A stretch of 37,360 bases of DNA from an uncultured virus (IMG/VR IMGVR_UViG_3300047539_000004) (lineage: Duplodnaviria > Heunggongvirae > Uroviricota > Caudoviricetes). The notes under the pieces were generated by a model. The model was given only the letters and a program-made list of their open reading frames with translations, did not search any database and had not been told where the DNA came from. Location of the stretch: the IMG/VR virus record IMGVR_UViG_3300047539_000004, one strand, 5' to 3'. Shown here piece after piece: positions 25,609 to 35,054 of this stretch. The translations under genes were made by a program, and so were the position numbers. Numbering within the stretch: the first letter of the stretch is position 1; the number at the start of each line of letters is the position of its first letter.

Positions 25609-27813
25609 ATGAGAGCAATACTAGCTACAGGTTTGTTAGCGCTTTGTCTAGGACTTACCGGATGCCCCACACAGACCCCGGTTCCGAATGTGCCGGTATC
25701 TCCACCAGTACAACCAGCACCACCACTTCCACCACCAGTTGTAACGCCAACTCCATTGCCTCTACCGACTCCAGCACCAGCACCAGCACCAGCACCCGTA
25801 TCAACCGTTATCACATATAACTGGGGAGTAATCGGTGATACATCTACATCGTTTATAAACGCGAAGAGTTGGGACACACAATCTGTCCTACCTGTAGACA
25901 TGGCGATTGCGAATGGTATTGCATACACGGCTAACGCTTACTCAGAGGGTGGAAAGAATGCATCTAGCTTCCCGCTTGCTACTCCGCAGCAACCCACGGC
26001 TTTGAATAGCGCTGGTTACTTGGACGAAGATCAATTTGTAACTACTGATGGCGTAAACGTTTACTATGCACAAGTAGGTTCAGGTTGGCCAGCAAGCGTT
26101 CCATACATCATGGCGTGGAACATTGCATCCAATAGTTACTACTTGTTTCCATCAGGAGTGAAGCCTACCAATGGAACTCTGGTGCCAAATGTAATTGATG
26201 AAGGGAATCTAGCTGGTGGAATAGCCGCACAAACTACAGGGAACATTCTAGCAGTTAGTCATACGGCTGCAAACCAGATTGTTCTATTCGATAAAACGAC
26301 TGGTGCAACACTTCAAATTGAAAGCATTCCCTCCCCCGGAAGGATGGCTTTTGAACCGGACGGAAGTCTCTGGGCAATTTCAGGAATGACTGTAGTAAAC
26401 ATTTCAGGAATAGGTGGTTCAAATAAGATCGTTACGACACTGACTCCTTTGATTGCCCCGCTTACCGTAACTGTGGACCCGGTAACATCAAATGTTCTAG
26501 TTGCTGATGGTGGTGCGTCCCAACAGGTAAAGACGTTCTCTGAAGCTGGAGTTCTTCTCTCAACTTACGGAACTCTTGGCGGCTATACGGATTGTTCCCC
26601 AACGGTAAGCAAAACACGCCTTTGGCTTGATGATACAGCTGGAAGAGGTTACGCAAAACAGACACTACTTACTGTTGCACCAGATAGTTCATTTTGGGTT
26701 GGTGACCCCGGCAATGCGCGTATCTTGCACATATCAGCTACAGGAACTTATCTTGAAGAAATTAGTTTTATGAGGTATCTCTATTATGTCGCAGTCGATC
26801 ACACAAACCCATCAAGAGTATTTGCCGATGCACTCGAATTTTCAGTTAATTACTCCGTCCCTCTCGTACCGGGAGATGGAGGAGGCGGTGCATGGTCACT
26901 TGCTCGTAACTGGGCAGCTTGTGTACCACCAAGTTATACCGGCCAGTTTGGATTCAGATTCGCCCAAGTCCAAACCTTCCCAAACGGACTAACCTATGGG
27001 CTTCTTTACAATTATGTTGCTGCAACCAATCAAGCCTACAACGAATTGGTTCAGTTTCCGGCAACCGGACCCTTAGTGCGTAGTGGACAATTCCTTTCAC
27101 CTACCGGGTGGGCATTTGATTTCTTTGATCACTCTGGAAATCTGGTGAACTGGAGTATGACAACGATTAACAGCTTGCCGGTACAAGCGGCTTATTCAGC
27201 ACCATTAACCGGATACAGTGCAACAGGTTTACCGCAATGGGGAACAGCGGTTTTAGTCGCTTCTGTTCCTAACGCCGGTGCCACGACTACGCCAAACGGG
27301 TACGCGGGTTGGGGACAGACGTTCCCTCCTATTCCAACGACAGGAGGTTACTACCCAACTTACCAGACAGCAATTAGTACGCCGGGACAGGACAAGCATT
27401 TAGGGGCTGTACTTGCAGGAGGAACCACTTGGGCATGGACTGGTGCGCCGGGAGCGATGTTGACAGCGCCGGATGGACTTGGTACATTTACAGATGTGCA
27501 ACCTTTTGGTGGACATGGAGGAATTGCAGCAGCGAGTGAAGGGAAATACATCATTCAGGGTTATGACGGACAGTGGGGACCGTATGCAAGTCAGTGGTTC
27601 TTGTATAATGAGACAGGGACATTTCTAGGACAGTATGGACACGGCTTCACGCTCCCGGCTCCAAGTGATGGGTCAGAGTACCCATTTGCTGCTGGAAACA
27701 TCTGGACAATGTCAACGGCCATGTCAACGGATGGAAAGTGTATCTATCTAATCAACTCGGACGAAGGATACCACCCCGGAGTTCACGTAACACAGTTCTG
27801 TAACTTGCCGTAA
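25609..27813 (+). CDS. Large lipoprotein, probable beta-propeller
   Basis: Lipobox LTGC, Pro-rich linker, NHL-like blades (MAFEPDGSLW, VTVDPVTSNVLVADGG, VAPDSSFWVGDPGNARI). Confidence 0.75.
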   Translation: MRAILATGLLALCLGLTGCPTQTPVPNVPVSPPVQPAPPLPPPVVTPTPLPLPTPAPAPAPAPVSTVITYNWGVIGDTSTSFINAKSWDTQSVLPVDMAIANGIAYTANAYSEGGKNASSFPLATPQQPTALNSAGYLDEDQFVTTDGVNVYYAQVGSGWPASVPYIMAWNIASNSYYLFPSGVKPTNGTLVPNVIDEGNLAGGIAAQTTGNILAVSHTAANQIVLFDKTTGATLQIESIPSPGRMAFEPDGSLWAISGMTVVNISGIGGSNKIVTTLTPLIAPLTVTVDPVTSNVLVADGGASQQVKTFSEAGVLLSTYGTLGGYTDCSPTVSKTRLWLDDTAGRGYAKQTLLTVAPDSSFWVGDPGNARILHISATGTYLEEISFMRYLYYVAVDHTNPSRVFADALEFSVNYSVPLVPGDGGGGAWSLARNWAACVPPSYTGQFGFRFAQVQTFPNGLTYGLLYNYVAATNQAYNELVQFPATGPLVRSGQFLSPTGWAFDFFDHSGNLVNWSMTTINSLPVQAAYSAPLTGYSATGLPQWGTAVLVASVPNAGATTTPNGYAGWGQTFPPIPTTGGYYPTYQTAISTPGQDKHLGAVLAGGTTWAWTGAPGAMLTAPDGLGTFTDVQPFGGHGGIAAASEGKYIIQGYDGQWGPYASQWFLYNETGTFLGQYGHGFTLPAPSDGSEYPFAAGNIWTMSTAMSTDGKCIYLINSDEGYHPGVHVTQFCNLP

Positions 27814-27821
27814 AGTTAAAT

Positions 27822-27909
27822 GGGTAGTTGGGTGAGCGGCTGATACCAGTTGTCTTGAAAACAACCGTTCCGAGAGGAACCGAGAGTTCGAATCTTTCAC
27901 TACCCGCCA
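27822..27909 (+). tRNA. tRNA-Ser(TGA)
   Basis: Acceptor GGGTAGT/ACTACCC-GCCA; anticodon arm GTTGT-CTTGAAA-ACAAC; long variable arm. Confidence 0.9.
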
Positions 27910-27924
27910 CTTTAGAGAGGGAGT

Positions 27925-28506
27925 ATGCAAAATATATGGTTCACAGGCGATTTGCACCTAGGACATTTCAATGTCATTAGGTTTTGCAATCGCCTTTTTG
28001 CGTCTACAAATGAAATGGATGAGAGTTTAATAGACAACTATAATCGCTTGGTTAAACCGAACGATATAGTTTATATACTCGGAGATTTATTTTGGAAAAC
28101 CCTAACGCAAGAACAGGCAAATAGCTATGCAGCAAGATTAAACGGGCAGAAGCACTATATTTTTGGCAACCACGAAGAAAGAATGCAGCACAAAGATATT
28201 CATAAGTATTTTGTGTGGAGAAAGGATTATGCCGAAATACATCCAGCAGATCAGAAGAGGATGGTTCTTTTTCACTATCCTCTGAGAAGTTGGCATGGAA
28301 GTAACTATGGAACCTATTGCCTTCACGGTCATTGCCACGGAAATTTGCCTGAAATAAAACAGGGCTTGACAAATGAAGAGTCCCCGTTGATAATGGATGT
28401 AGGGGTGGATTGCAATAATATGTACCCGTTCAGCCTTGAAGATGTGGTGCAAAAAATGAAGTCTAAGAAAGGGTTACATGGCGATGAAGAAGGCACCCAA
28501 CTTTAG
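27925..28506 (+). CDS. Calcineurin-like metallophosphoesterase
   Basis: GDLHLGH, LGD, GNHE, HYP, HGHCH, DVGVD. Confidence 0.9.
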   Translation: MQNIWFTGDLHLGHFNVIRFCNRLFASTNEMDESLIDNYNRLVKPNDIVYILGDLFWKTLTQEQANSYAARLNGQKHYIFGNHEERMQHKDIHKYFVWRKDYAEIHPADQKRMVLFHYPLRSWHGSNYGTYCLHGHCHGNLPEIKQGLTNEESPLIMDVGVDCNNMYPFSLEDVVQKMKSKKGLHGDEEGTQL

Positions 28507-29758
28507 CGCGTTCCATGCGGAGAAATGGGCGAAGAAACAGGATACTCAGGAGGAGTCGCAAGGGGAGTGGCAGAATTTCAAGGATGTTGTGAAGCCAATA
28601 TTACCTATCCCAACGGGTTACGGGCAAAGTGTAGAGGTATACCACGCATATGCACAAGGTAAAAACCCATCTGTGCAAGTAGGTGCTTATTCGAACGGTG
28701 CTGCTGGTCTTGCCGATTTCTACGTGTGTTGTGATGTATGCAATACGAGTGCTGAACTAAATGTCACGCATCCAATTACACACATTGATGATTATTGTAA
28801 ATTTCATGTTCATAAGTTGAAAAATGAAACGATAAGTGGCTTGGCTTTTCTGTCTAGCGGTAAAGTTCCGGCTACATATCAGGCGTATGCAGATAAGGAG
28901 TCTAACTCTAATGTAATTCTTGCTGTTATACCAGTGTTGGTTGACCCAATGGGGACACTAAACGTTAGCATTGGTTGCAAAGTTTGTAAGAGCGCTGTAT
29001 ACCATACGGAATATTCTATACAGCAGTCGTACCCCGGTTCATCGAATTGTTTCATAGATGCAGTCAAAGATTTTTGCGGTAAGCACAGACATGATGCGCA
29101 AAAGGAACAAAAGGAGCAGACACTTGAAGAGAAGGTACACATTGCATCGGACGGAAATGTTCTAACAAAGCACAACAAAAATAGTTATCCTAGTATTGAC
29201 GAATACGCTTTGACATGTACGATCTGTGAACAGAAATCGAACTGGCTTGAAGCGAATAATCTCGAACAATGTGCGTTAGGTTGGGCCAAAGATCACAAAC
29301 ACACAGCGCCAACAGCGCCAACAATGAACGTTGTAGACATTGCCGCATTCAAAGAGGCCAAATTCCCAAATGTCGCACCAGTTTATTATTATTACAATGA
29401 AGAGGGCAATCAAATATTCGCACCACAGCCGAACAAAGAAGGGGGATGGATGGAAGGGACATTACAATTTCATGGAGTTAGCCAGAAGGAACCGACCATG
29501 ACACAGGACTTGCTGAAGTCTATTGCCAAATTGTCTAACTTCAATGTCAATCTTCAGGCTAAAAGGCTAGTTACCGGGACTTATGATTACAGGGCTGTTT
29601 GTGACAAGTGCGGGAGTTCTCAGCATTTTAATTACAGGAACTTGGTAGAACAGAACGGGGATGAATGGGTGGAATTGGGTAGGTTTTTAGATGCCCATAG
29701 ACACCTAGATGTAGTGAGTGTTACAATGACGGTAGGAAGAAAGTTCAGGGTTGAATGA
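28478..29758 (+). CDS. Protein with four CxxC...HxH zinc-finger-like repeats
   Basis: CDVC..HVH, CKVC..HRH, CTIC..HKH, CDKC..HRH. Confidence 0.7.
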   Translation: MAMKKAPNFSAFHAEKWAKKQDTQEESQGEWQNFKDVVKPILPIPTGYGQSVEVYHAYAQGKNPSVQVGAYSNGAAGLADFYVCCDVCNTSAELNVTHPITHIDDYCKFHVHKLKNETISGLAFLSSGKVPATYQAYADKESNSNVILAVIPVLVDPMGTLNVSIGCKVCKSAVYHTEYSIQQSYPGSSNCFIDAVKDFCGKHRHDAQKEQKEQTLEEKVHIASDGNVLTKHNKNSYPSIDEYALTCTICEQKSNWLEANNLEQCALGWAKDHKHTAPTAPTMNVVDIAAFKEAKFPNVAPVYYYYNEEGNQIFAPQPNKEGGWMEGTLQFHGVSQKEPTMTQDLLKSIAKLSNFNVNLQAKRLVTGTYDYRAVCDKCGSSQHFNYRNLVEQNGDEWVELGRFLDAHRHLDVVSVTMTVGRKFRVE

Positions 29759-30312
29759 CATTACTCAAGGATTGGCTCTCCAAAAAGACTTCTACAGTAA
29801 TGCCGACAGAAACGCCGGTAGAACAAACTATCAAGGCGATTAAAGAATCGTTGTCGAAGAGTGGAGGGATAGTAAAAGCAGATGGTGCCATACTCTTAAA
29901 TAACCCAGAAATTCAGAAAAAGTATCAGATTCAATTGGAAGGATTATCACCTATAGGCGGTCTAGGTTGGGGTGCAGTAGCGGGTTTAGCGGGACAAGTA
30001 AATAACCAGATGGGACAAGCAAACAGCCAACTTGTACAACAGGCAAACAACCAATTTGCACAATCACTTCCGATAGGTGATTATGCAGATTATCTGAATA
30101 TGGCCGATCTAGCCATAGACAAGAAAATTGTTGACCCAAAACCACTCGGTAAAGGCTACTACGACAAAGCCTTTATACTGAAAATGAAGGCTACCACGTC
30201 AACATTTTATCCTCCTACATCGTTAACACCGGATGTACCACAGGTTGTCAAGAAGGAAGTTGTTCTGCCACATGTACCCGACTATAATGGAAGGAGATTT
30301 AGAAATGATTGA
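29755..30312 (+). CDS. Hypothetical protein
   Basis: ATGA-coupled to the upstream gene. Confidence 0.65.
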   Translation: MTLLKDWLSKKTSTVMPTETPVEQTIKAIKESLSKSGGIVKADGAILLNNPEIQKKYQIQLEGLSPIGGLGWGAVAGLAGQVNNQMGQANSQLVQQANNQFAQSLPIGDYADYLNMADLAIDKKIVDPKPLGKGYYDKAFILKMKATTSTFYPPTSLTPDVPQVVKKEVVLPHVPDYNGRRFRND

Positions 30313-30658
30313 TCATTTACTAGGACTAATCCTACAAGTGAGGGCAGCACTTCCTATAAAACATTCTACAAGAACTAAGGCTACGTTCTACGCATCCAAT
30401 TTCGAAGATAGGGTAATGGCCAATGGAAGAGTGTATCATAGTCTAGAGTACTCCGTAGCCTGTAACTTCTACCCGCTCGGAACGCTGGTATCTATTACGA
30501 CAGAAGACGGCAAGAGAGAGATTGTGGCTAGGGTGACGGACAGGAAGAGAACAAGCACGAGCATAGACCTGTCCGAGTCGGCTTACAGGGCATTGGGGCT
30601 GTCTGAGGAAGCCGGGTGGGGATGGGTAACGATGGATTTGGTGAAGGAGAACAAATGA
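30305..30658 (+). CDS. RlpA-like double-psi beta-barrel protein
   Basis: ATFYAS...MANG, YPLGTLVSI, RVTDR, IDLSESAYRALG. Confidence 0.8.
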   Translation: MIDHLLGLILQVRAALPIKHSTRTKATFYASNFEDRVMANGRVYHSLEYSVACNFYPLGTLVSITTEDGKREIVARVTDRKRTSTSIDLSESAYRALGLSEEAGWGWVTMDLVKENK

Positions 30659-30933
30659 TATACTTTACCTTGCAGGAAATGATGGCAGTTAGAGCAGAAC
30701 GCGACGACTTCGAGCGCAAAGGGAAAGAGTTGTGCAGCGCTTACGGCAATTCTCTGATCACCATTCACGACTTGAGGAAGCAGATTGCCACGCGGACGGC
30801 TCCGGTGAGCGATGAGGAGTGGAGACTAACCGGAAGTGGGATAGGCAATCAAACAGTTGCGTGGCGCTTTGAGGTAGATAGACTACTCGCAGCACGCGAC
30901 AAAGCAGACGATGTGGTGAAGGAGAACAAATGA
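30639..30933 (+). repeat. 20-bp direct repeat TGGTGAAGGAGAACAAATGA (30639-30658, 30914-30933)
   Basis: Exact copies; partial third copy GGAGAACAAATG at 31080-31091. Confidence 0.8.
30655..30933 (+). CDS. Hypothetical protein (92 aa)
   Basis: AAGGAG RBS, ATGA overlap. Confidence 0.6.
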   Translation: MIYFTLQEMMAVRAERDDFERKGKELCSAYGNSLITIHDLRKQIATRTAPVSDEEWRLTGSGIGNQTVAWRFEVDRLLAARDKADDVVKENK

Positions 30934-31079
30934 CGAAGATGATACTATGGTTTCTTGCGGGTGTATTGTGCGCAACAGTCGTAGAGATACTTATTGACCC
31001 CGCACTGAATCAGGCAAGAGTAGAAGCATGGCACAGGAATTACCAAACCGGGGAAACAATTCCGTGGTATCTGAAATGA
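30930..31079 (+). CDS. Small membrane protein (49 aa)
   Basis: MTKMILWFLAGVLCATVVEIL...; AAGGAG RBS. Confidence 0.55.
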   Translation: MTKMILWFLAGVLCATVVEILIDPALNQARVEAWHRNYQTGETIPWYLK

Positions 31080-31088
31080 GGAGAACAA

Positions 31089-31271
31089 ATGGCGAAGATT
31101 CTTTATGTTGTACAGGTTAATACATGGAAGAAGTGGCTCAAGACTTGGTGGACACGTCAAGGGAAACCAGTGTCGAAGAGAGCCGCTGAATTGGCTATGG
31201 GAAGGGCACAAGCAGCATTCCCTTACAACACGTATCGTGTACAAGTGTTTAAGTCGAAGGAGAAGATATGA
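31089..31271 (+). CDS. Small basic hypothetical protein
   Basis: GAGGAG RBS. Confidence 0.6.
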   Translation: MAKILYVVQVNTWKKWLKTWWTRQGKPVSKRAAELAMGRAQAAFPYNTYRVQVFKSKEKI

Positions 31272-31465
31272 GTTCCTATAAGATTACTTGTAGCAAGTGT
31301 AACGAGTTGGCTAGGTTGCTGATTGAATGCAGAGACGCGCTACCGGCTATTACTGTGTCAAGTGCCAAGCTACACAACGTGTCGTTATCCTTGGCAGACC
31401 GTATCGAGTACGCTTTGACACCGTGGGAAGTCGCTGAAGTAGCTGAAGGAGAGGAGGGTATATGA
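31268..31465 (+). CDS. Small hypothetical protein
   Basis: AAGGAG RBS, ATGA overlap. Confidence 0.6.
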   Translation: MSSYKITCSKCNELARLLIECRDALPAITVSSAKLHNVSLSLADRIEYALTPWEVAEVAEGEEGI

Positions 31466-31698
31466 CGAAGATCATAATAGACATGGAAAGTCTTGAACTA
31501 CTTGATCCCACTGACGCTGACAATCGGGGCCGTGTACTCGAAGAGGCGATAATCGAATGCGTCAAGTTACGTTTTGAGAATAGCTGCCTCTATTCGGCTA
31601 TAGGTACACTTCAGACTGCAAATGACAAGTTGGAACTAAAGATTTTCAGTCTACAGGCCGACATAGAGCAGTACAGGGCTAGTGAGTTGTCCAAATAA
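31462..31698 (+). CDS. Small coiled-coil protein
   Basis: GGAGG RBS, ATGA overlap. Confidence 0.6.
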   Translation: MTKIIIDMESLELLDPTDADNRGRVLEEAIIECVKLRFENSCLYSAIGTLQTANDKLELKIFSLQADIEQYRASELSK

Positions 31699-31773
31699 AC
31701 ACAAGGAGGAAGTATGACAAGGAACTATAAGGAAGTAAAGACAACAGCAAAAACCAAAGGAGCTAAATACTAG

Positions 31774-32529
31774 ATGGCAAACTCACTTCCCAATGTGATT
31801 CTTACGCAAGGTGACTGCTTAGAGATTATGCCCACGCTAACGGCGGGGTCTGTTGACTTGGTGCTCTGTGACTTGCCGTATGGGACAACCGCTTGCAAGT
31901 GGGACTCGGTTATTCCGATGTCTGAGTTGTGGGCGGAGTACACACGGCTCATCCGTACGGGCACTTGTGTCGTGCTTTTTGGGAGTGAGCCGTTTAGCTC
32001 CACTCTTCGGGTCAGCCGGTTGACTTGGTTTAAGTATGACTGGATTTGGGACAAAGTTAGACCAAGTGGGTTTCAGATAGCCAAGTATGTACCCATGAAG
32101 AGACATGAAATTGTGTCTGTGTTCTGCTCCACGTCTCCTCAATGGCACCCCATCAAAGAGGCAAGGGAAAAGCCCATAAAGGGCCGAGTGTGTAGCAAGT
32201 CCGATTCGTCCCCGTTGGCGCATAGTGACGGGTTGACCCGGACGTACTCAGACAAGAATCCGCAAAGCATCCTTGTATTTCCCAAGGGTAGTGACGGAAA
32301 GTATGTCCACCCCACACAGAAGCCCGTAGCTCTTATGGAGTACCTCATCCGCACGTACACCAACCCCGGTGACACCGTGCTTGACAACTGTATGGGATCT
32401 GGCACTACGGGTGTAGCGTGCGTCAACACGGGCCGGAGCTTCATAGGCATTGAGCAGGATGCTGCGTACTTCAAGATTGCCAGCGAGCGCATCGCTGCTG
32501 CACAGAAAGCCTGGGAGTCAAGTATATAA
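31774..32529 (+). CDS. Beta-class N4/N6 DNA methyltransferase
   Basis: LCDLPYG, HPTQKPVALMEYLI, VLDNCMGSGTTG. Confidence 0.92.
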   Translation: MANSLPNVILTQGDCLEIMPTLTAGSVDLVLCDLPYGTTACKWDSVIPMSELWAEYTRLIRTGTCVVLFGSEPFSSTLRVSRLTWFKYDWIWDKVRPSGFQIAKYVPMKRHEIVSVFCSTSPQWHPIKEAREKPIKGRVCSKSDSSPLAHSDGLTRTYSDKNPQSILVFPKGSDGKYVHPTQKPVALMEYLIRTYTNPGDTVLDNCMGSGTTGVACVNTGRSFIGIEQDAAYFKIASERIAAAQKAWESSI

Positions 32530-32534
32530 ATCCC
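32513..32534. mobile_element. Solo IS end related to the 23.1 kb cassette
   Basis: GGGAGTCAAGTATATAAATCCC, 20/22 identical to 23581-23602. Confidence 0.8.
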
Positions 32535-32598
32535 AAATATATGGGGCGGCACTAACCGGGGTAGCGATGAGTTGTCCAAATAAACACAAGGAGGAAGT

Positions 32599-33042
32599 AT
32601 GACAAGGAACTATAAGGAACTGCAAGAAAAAATGAACCCTGTGGATGTTGCCGAGAATCAGCAGCGTATAGTCGTAGGGAGAATAACATTCGGAGAACTT
32701 AACCAAAGTAAAAAACCCATTGTAAACGATACATCACAACTACAAGCGAAAAGAGATGCTTGGCCGATGATGTATCTTGGAGAAAAGCCAGAAGGTGTTG
32801 TAGAGCCGCGTCCAGCCAAAAGCAGGGTAGAACAGTTGTTGGAAGATACTTTACAGGAAGTAGAATCTCTGAAATCCCAATTGGAGTACGAGAAGACCAA
32901 GAACGATGCATACAGGAAGCTAGAGAGCGCATACTGGTATCTATTAGGAAAGTATCCGACAGAAGACCATGAGGCAAGGGAGATACTGTGCAAAGCACAG
33001 AGACTTTTTCTCGGCCAGACAAGCCCATACAGGGGATACTAA
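32599..33042 (+). CDS. Hypothetical coiled-coil protein
   Basis: AAGGAGG RBS. Confidence 0.7.
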   Translation: MTRNYKELQEKMNPVDVAENQQRIVVGRITFGELNQSKKPIVNDTSQLQAKRDAWPMMYLGEKPEGVVEPRPAKSRVEQLLEDTLQEVESLKSQLEYEKTKNDAYRKLESAYWYLLGKYPTEDHEAREILCKAQRLFLGQTSPYRGY

Positions 33043-33119
33043 GATTACTAAGTCTAGTAGAGTGTAAACGATACTACGTATTTACTCAAATTTTCTAAAA
33101 AATTAAAAAATTCGAATTA

Positions 33120-33147
33120 GGCCATCCGAAAGGGTGGTCTTTTTTTT
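33120..33147 (+). terminator. Rho-independent terminator
   Basis: GGCCATCC-GAAA-GGGTGGTC followed by a T run. Confidence 0.85.
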
Positions 33148-33784
33148 ATTGTGTGTAGGCATATAGGGATAAGCGGTACCATATTGCCTGTTAAAAGGAT
33201 AAAGACGGATAAAAGGTAATATGTTGCTGATTATAGACGTAAACCCGTATTGCGTACATAATATGATACTTAGAGAACTTAGGTAGTGACGTTAGGCCGG
33301 GTCAAGCGCTGCCAGTGACGCATGACCGGGGGAGACTCTGCCGGGTGGCTTCAAAAAAAGGGATGGTTGGGGACTTACTGATTCTAAAGGGTTTAGCAGT
33401 TTTACAGTTAAACGGGAAAAACTGGCATTCGACGTGCTAGAGGGCCTGAAAACGTATGCATCAGTTTCGACCGGCTGTAAGTTGTTGATTTTAATGGAGG
33501 GTAACCCTCCATGTATACAGTACGTCCTAATGTATACGTTTTGTCGAACGTCTAGGGGAAGGTGTAAAGTAAACTTGACACAAAAGCCAATACGGTGAAC
33601 TAAGGGCGATTTCAGCGGGTTGGGTTACTAGCCATGTAATCAACGACGCATTCAACAATGCTCGCTTTGAACTCGGAAAGAATTTCAAAAACGAGCCGGT
33701 AAGCGAGTATGATTTGCGTACCATCCGCGAGAAAGCCGATTCACTTTGGTGAGCCGGTTCCAGCGGCTCTTGTCGCATAGTTGT

Positions 33785-33814
33785 TGACAAAGTATCTCAG
33801 AAAATGCTTTAATC
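33785..33814 (+). promoter_or_regulatory. Sigma70-type promoter
   Basis: TTGACA-18-TTTAAT with TG extension, then AAGGAG and ATG 33834. Confidence 0.55.
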
Positions 33815-33833
33815 ACACTAAGGAGAAAAATCA

Positions 33834-34028
33834 ATGATTTTCAACTTGACAGTAATCCTCATTGCAAGCGGCCTGAGTATCCTTGCAATCGCAGTAATCG
33901 AAATCATTCACCGCAACGCCAACAAAGCGCAGCAGAAACGCAACTATGCACGTTTGCAAGCGCAATTACGCGCATCAGACAATGCAATTGCAGCCGAGAT
34001 CGAATCTAACATGGTTTGGCGTGGGTGA
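33834..34028 (+). CDS. Small membrane protein
   Basis: N-terminal transmembrane helix; AAGGAG RBS. Confidence 0.6.
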   Translation: MIFNLTVILIASGLSILAIAVIEIIHRNANKAQQKRNYARLQAQLRASDNAIAAEIESNMVWRG

Positions 34029-34029
34029 T

Positions 34030-34149
34030 ATGATGAATCCTGATTGCACCGTCAATCTCAAACTGCTTGTGTTAATCGTTCTGGCCGGACTGGTGTATGG
34101 TTTCTGTACCGGTCACTTAGTTGTGTTTCCGAACGGTATACCGTTCTAG
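34030..34149 (+). CDS. Small membrane peptide (39 aa)
   Basis: MMNPDCTVNLKLLVLIVLAGLVYGFC...; starts 1 nt after the previous stop. Confidence 0.45.
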   Translation: MMNPDCTVNLKLLVLIVLAGLVYGFCTGHLVVFPNGIPF

Positions 34150-34273
34150 TTGTTGTATAACCTTTGTGGACAAGTGAGGACTATCCCCCCGTATCCTTCA
34201 ATCGCGTGTAGTGGCATCCTACGCGCAGGAAAACGGCATTTAGTAAGCATACGTAAGCATGAAAGGGGAAAGC

Positions 34274-34468
34274 ATGAAAGCATCGAAGCAGTTTCCTAAG
34301 AATCCACGTCCGCCCGTCCCTGAATTCGTGACGGCAGACTTTGAACGATTCACAGCCTACGGATGGAAGTGTCTCAAGTATGGCATTCAATCCTGGGGCG
34401 ATACCAAAGCGGAAGCTATCACGCTATGGTGTGAAGCGTATCGGAGTGAATACGGTATATCGGCCTAA
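34274..34468 (+). CDS. Small hypothetical protein
   Basis: AAGGGG RBS; SWGDTKAEAI motif. Confidence 0.5.
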   Translation: MKASKQFPKNPRPPVPEFVTADFERFTAYGWKCLKYGIQSWGDTKAEAITLWCEAYRSEYGISA

Positions 34469-34527
34469 CCTGCGTTTGATAGCGGTCCAACGTCAACGCA
34501 CCATAACCAATTTGAGGGAGAGATAGT

Positions 34528-34752
34528 ATGAAATGGGAAGAAGCGAACAAGATAGTACAGAAATTGCGGCGTAGGAGACTCGAAAAGGACGGCAGCGGCA
34601 TTACTAAGATCGGAGACGCTGAAGTCCGGGTTGCTCTAGTCAACGAAGGCGACTGTGACCAGCATTTCACTTATTGGGTGAACGGCATCGAATTCAGCTT
34701 GCGGCAATTGGAACACGCCATAATGATGCGCCACTCTGTACCGGTCACTTAG
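34528..34752 (+). CDS. Small hypothetical protein
   Basis: GAGGGAG RBS. Confidence 0.55.
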   Translation: MKWEEANKIVQKLRRRRLEKDGSGITKIGDAEVRVALVNEGDCDQHFTYWVNGIEFSLRQLEHAIMMRHSVPVT

Positions 34753-34816
34753 TTGTGTTTCCGAACGGTATACCGTTCTAGTTGTTGTATAACCTTTGTG
34801 GACAAGTGAGGACTAT

Positions 34817-35053
34817 ATGAAATTGACAATGGAGCAAATTGAAATTGCGGAGTGTGAGAATATTCGAATCTGCGAAAGCGGGTTTGGATATGATTACAAA
34901 AATCAGGCATGGATTGAAGAGGGCCGATACCTGAAATGTGATCACATTGTCGTGCCCGGTACAGTGTGCAATTGCTACGGCTCACAGCATCAAGGTGAGC
35001 TAGTTACTTTTCTGTTTACCGCGAACCTATTCGCAGAATTGGGAGTGATCTAA
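34817..35053 (+). CDS. Small Cys/His-containing protein
   Basis: ATG after GAGGA; GYDYKNQAWI...C.H....CNCYG...H. Confidence 0.6.
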   Translation: MKLTMEQIEIAECENIRICESGFGYDYKNQAWIEEGRYLKCDHIVVPGTVCNCYGSQHQGELVTFLFTANLFAELGVI

Positions 35054-35054
35054 C

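Larger units (their letters stand above)
31683..32619 (+). repeat. 52-bp direct repeat (31683-31734, 32568-32619) flanking a methyltransferase
   Basis: Exact copies containing the RBS and first 7 codons of gene 32599. Confidence 0.9.
34103..34816 (+). repeat. 82-bp perfect direct repeat (34103-34184, 34735-34816)
   Basis: Exact copies containing the palindrome GAACGGTATACCGTTC and a GAGGA RBS. Confidence 0.92.

Noticed and set aside
30639..34816. CRISPR array or integron attC array
   Set aside because: Repeats occur as unrelated pairs around whole genes; no regular spacers, cas genes or integrase in the window
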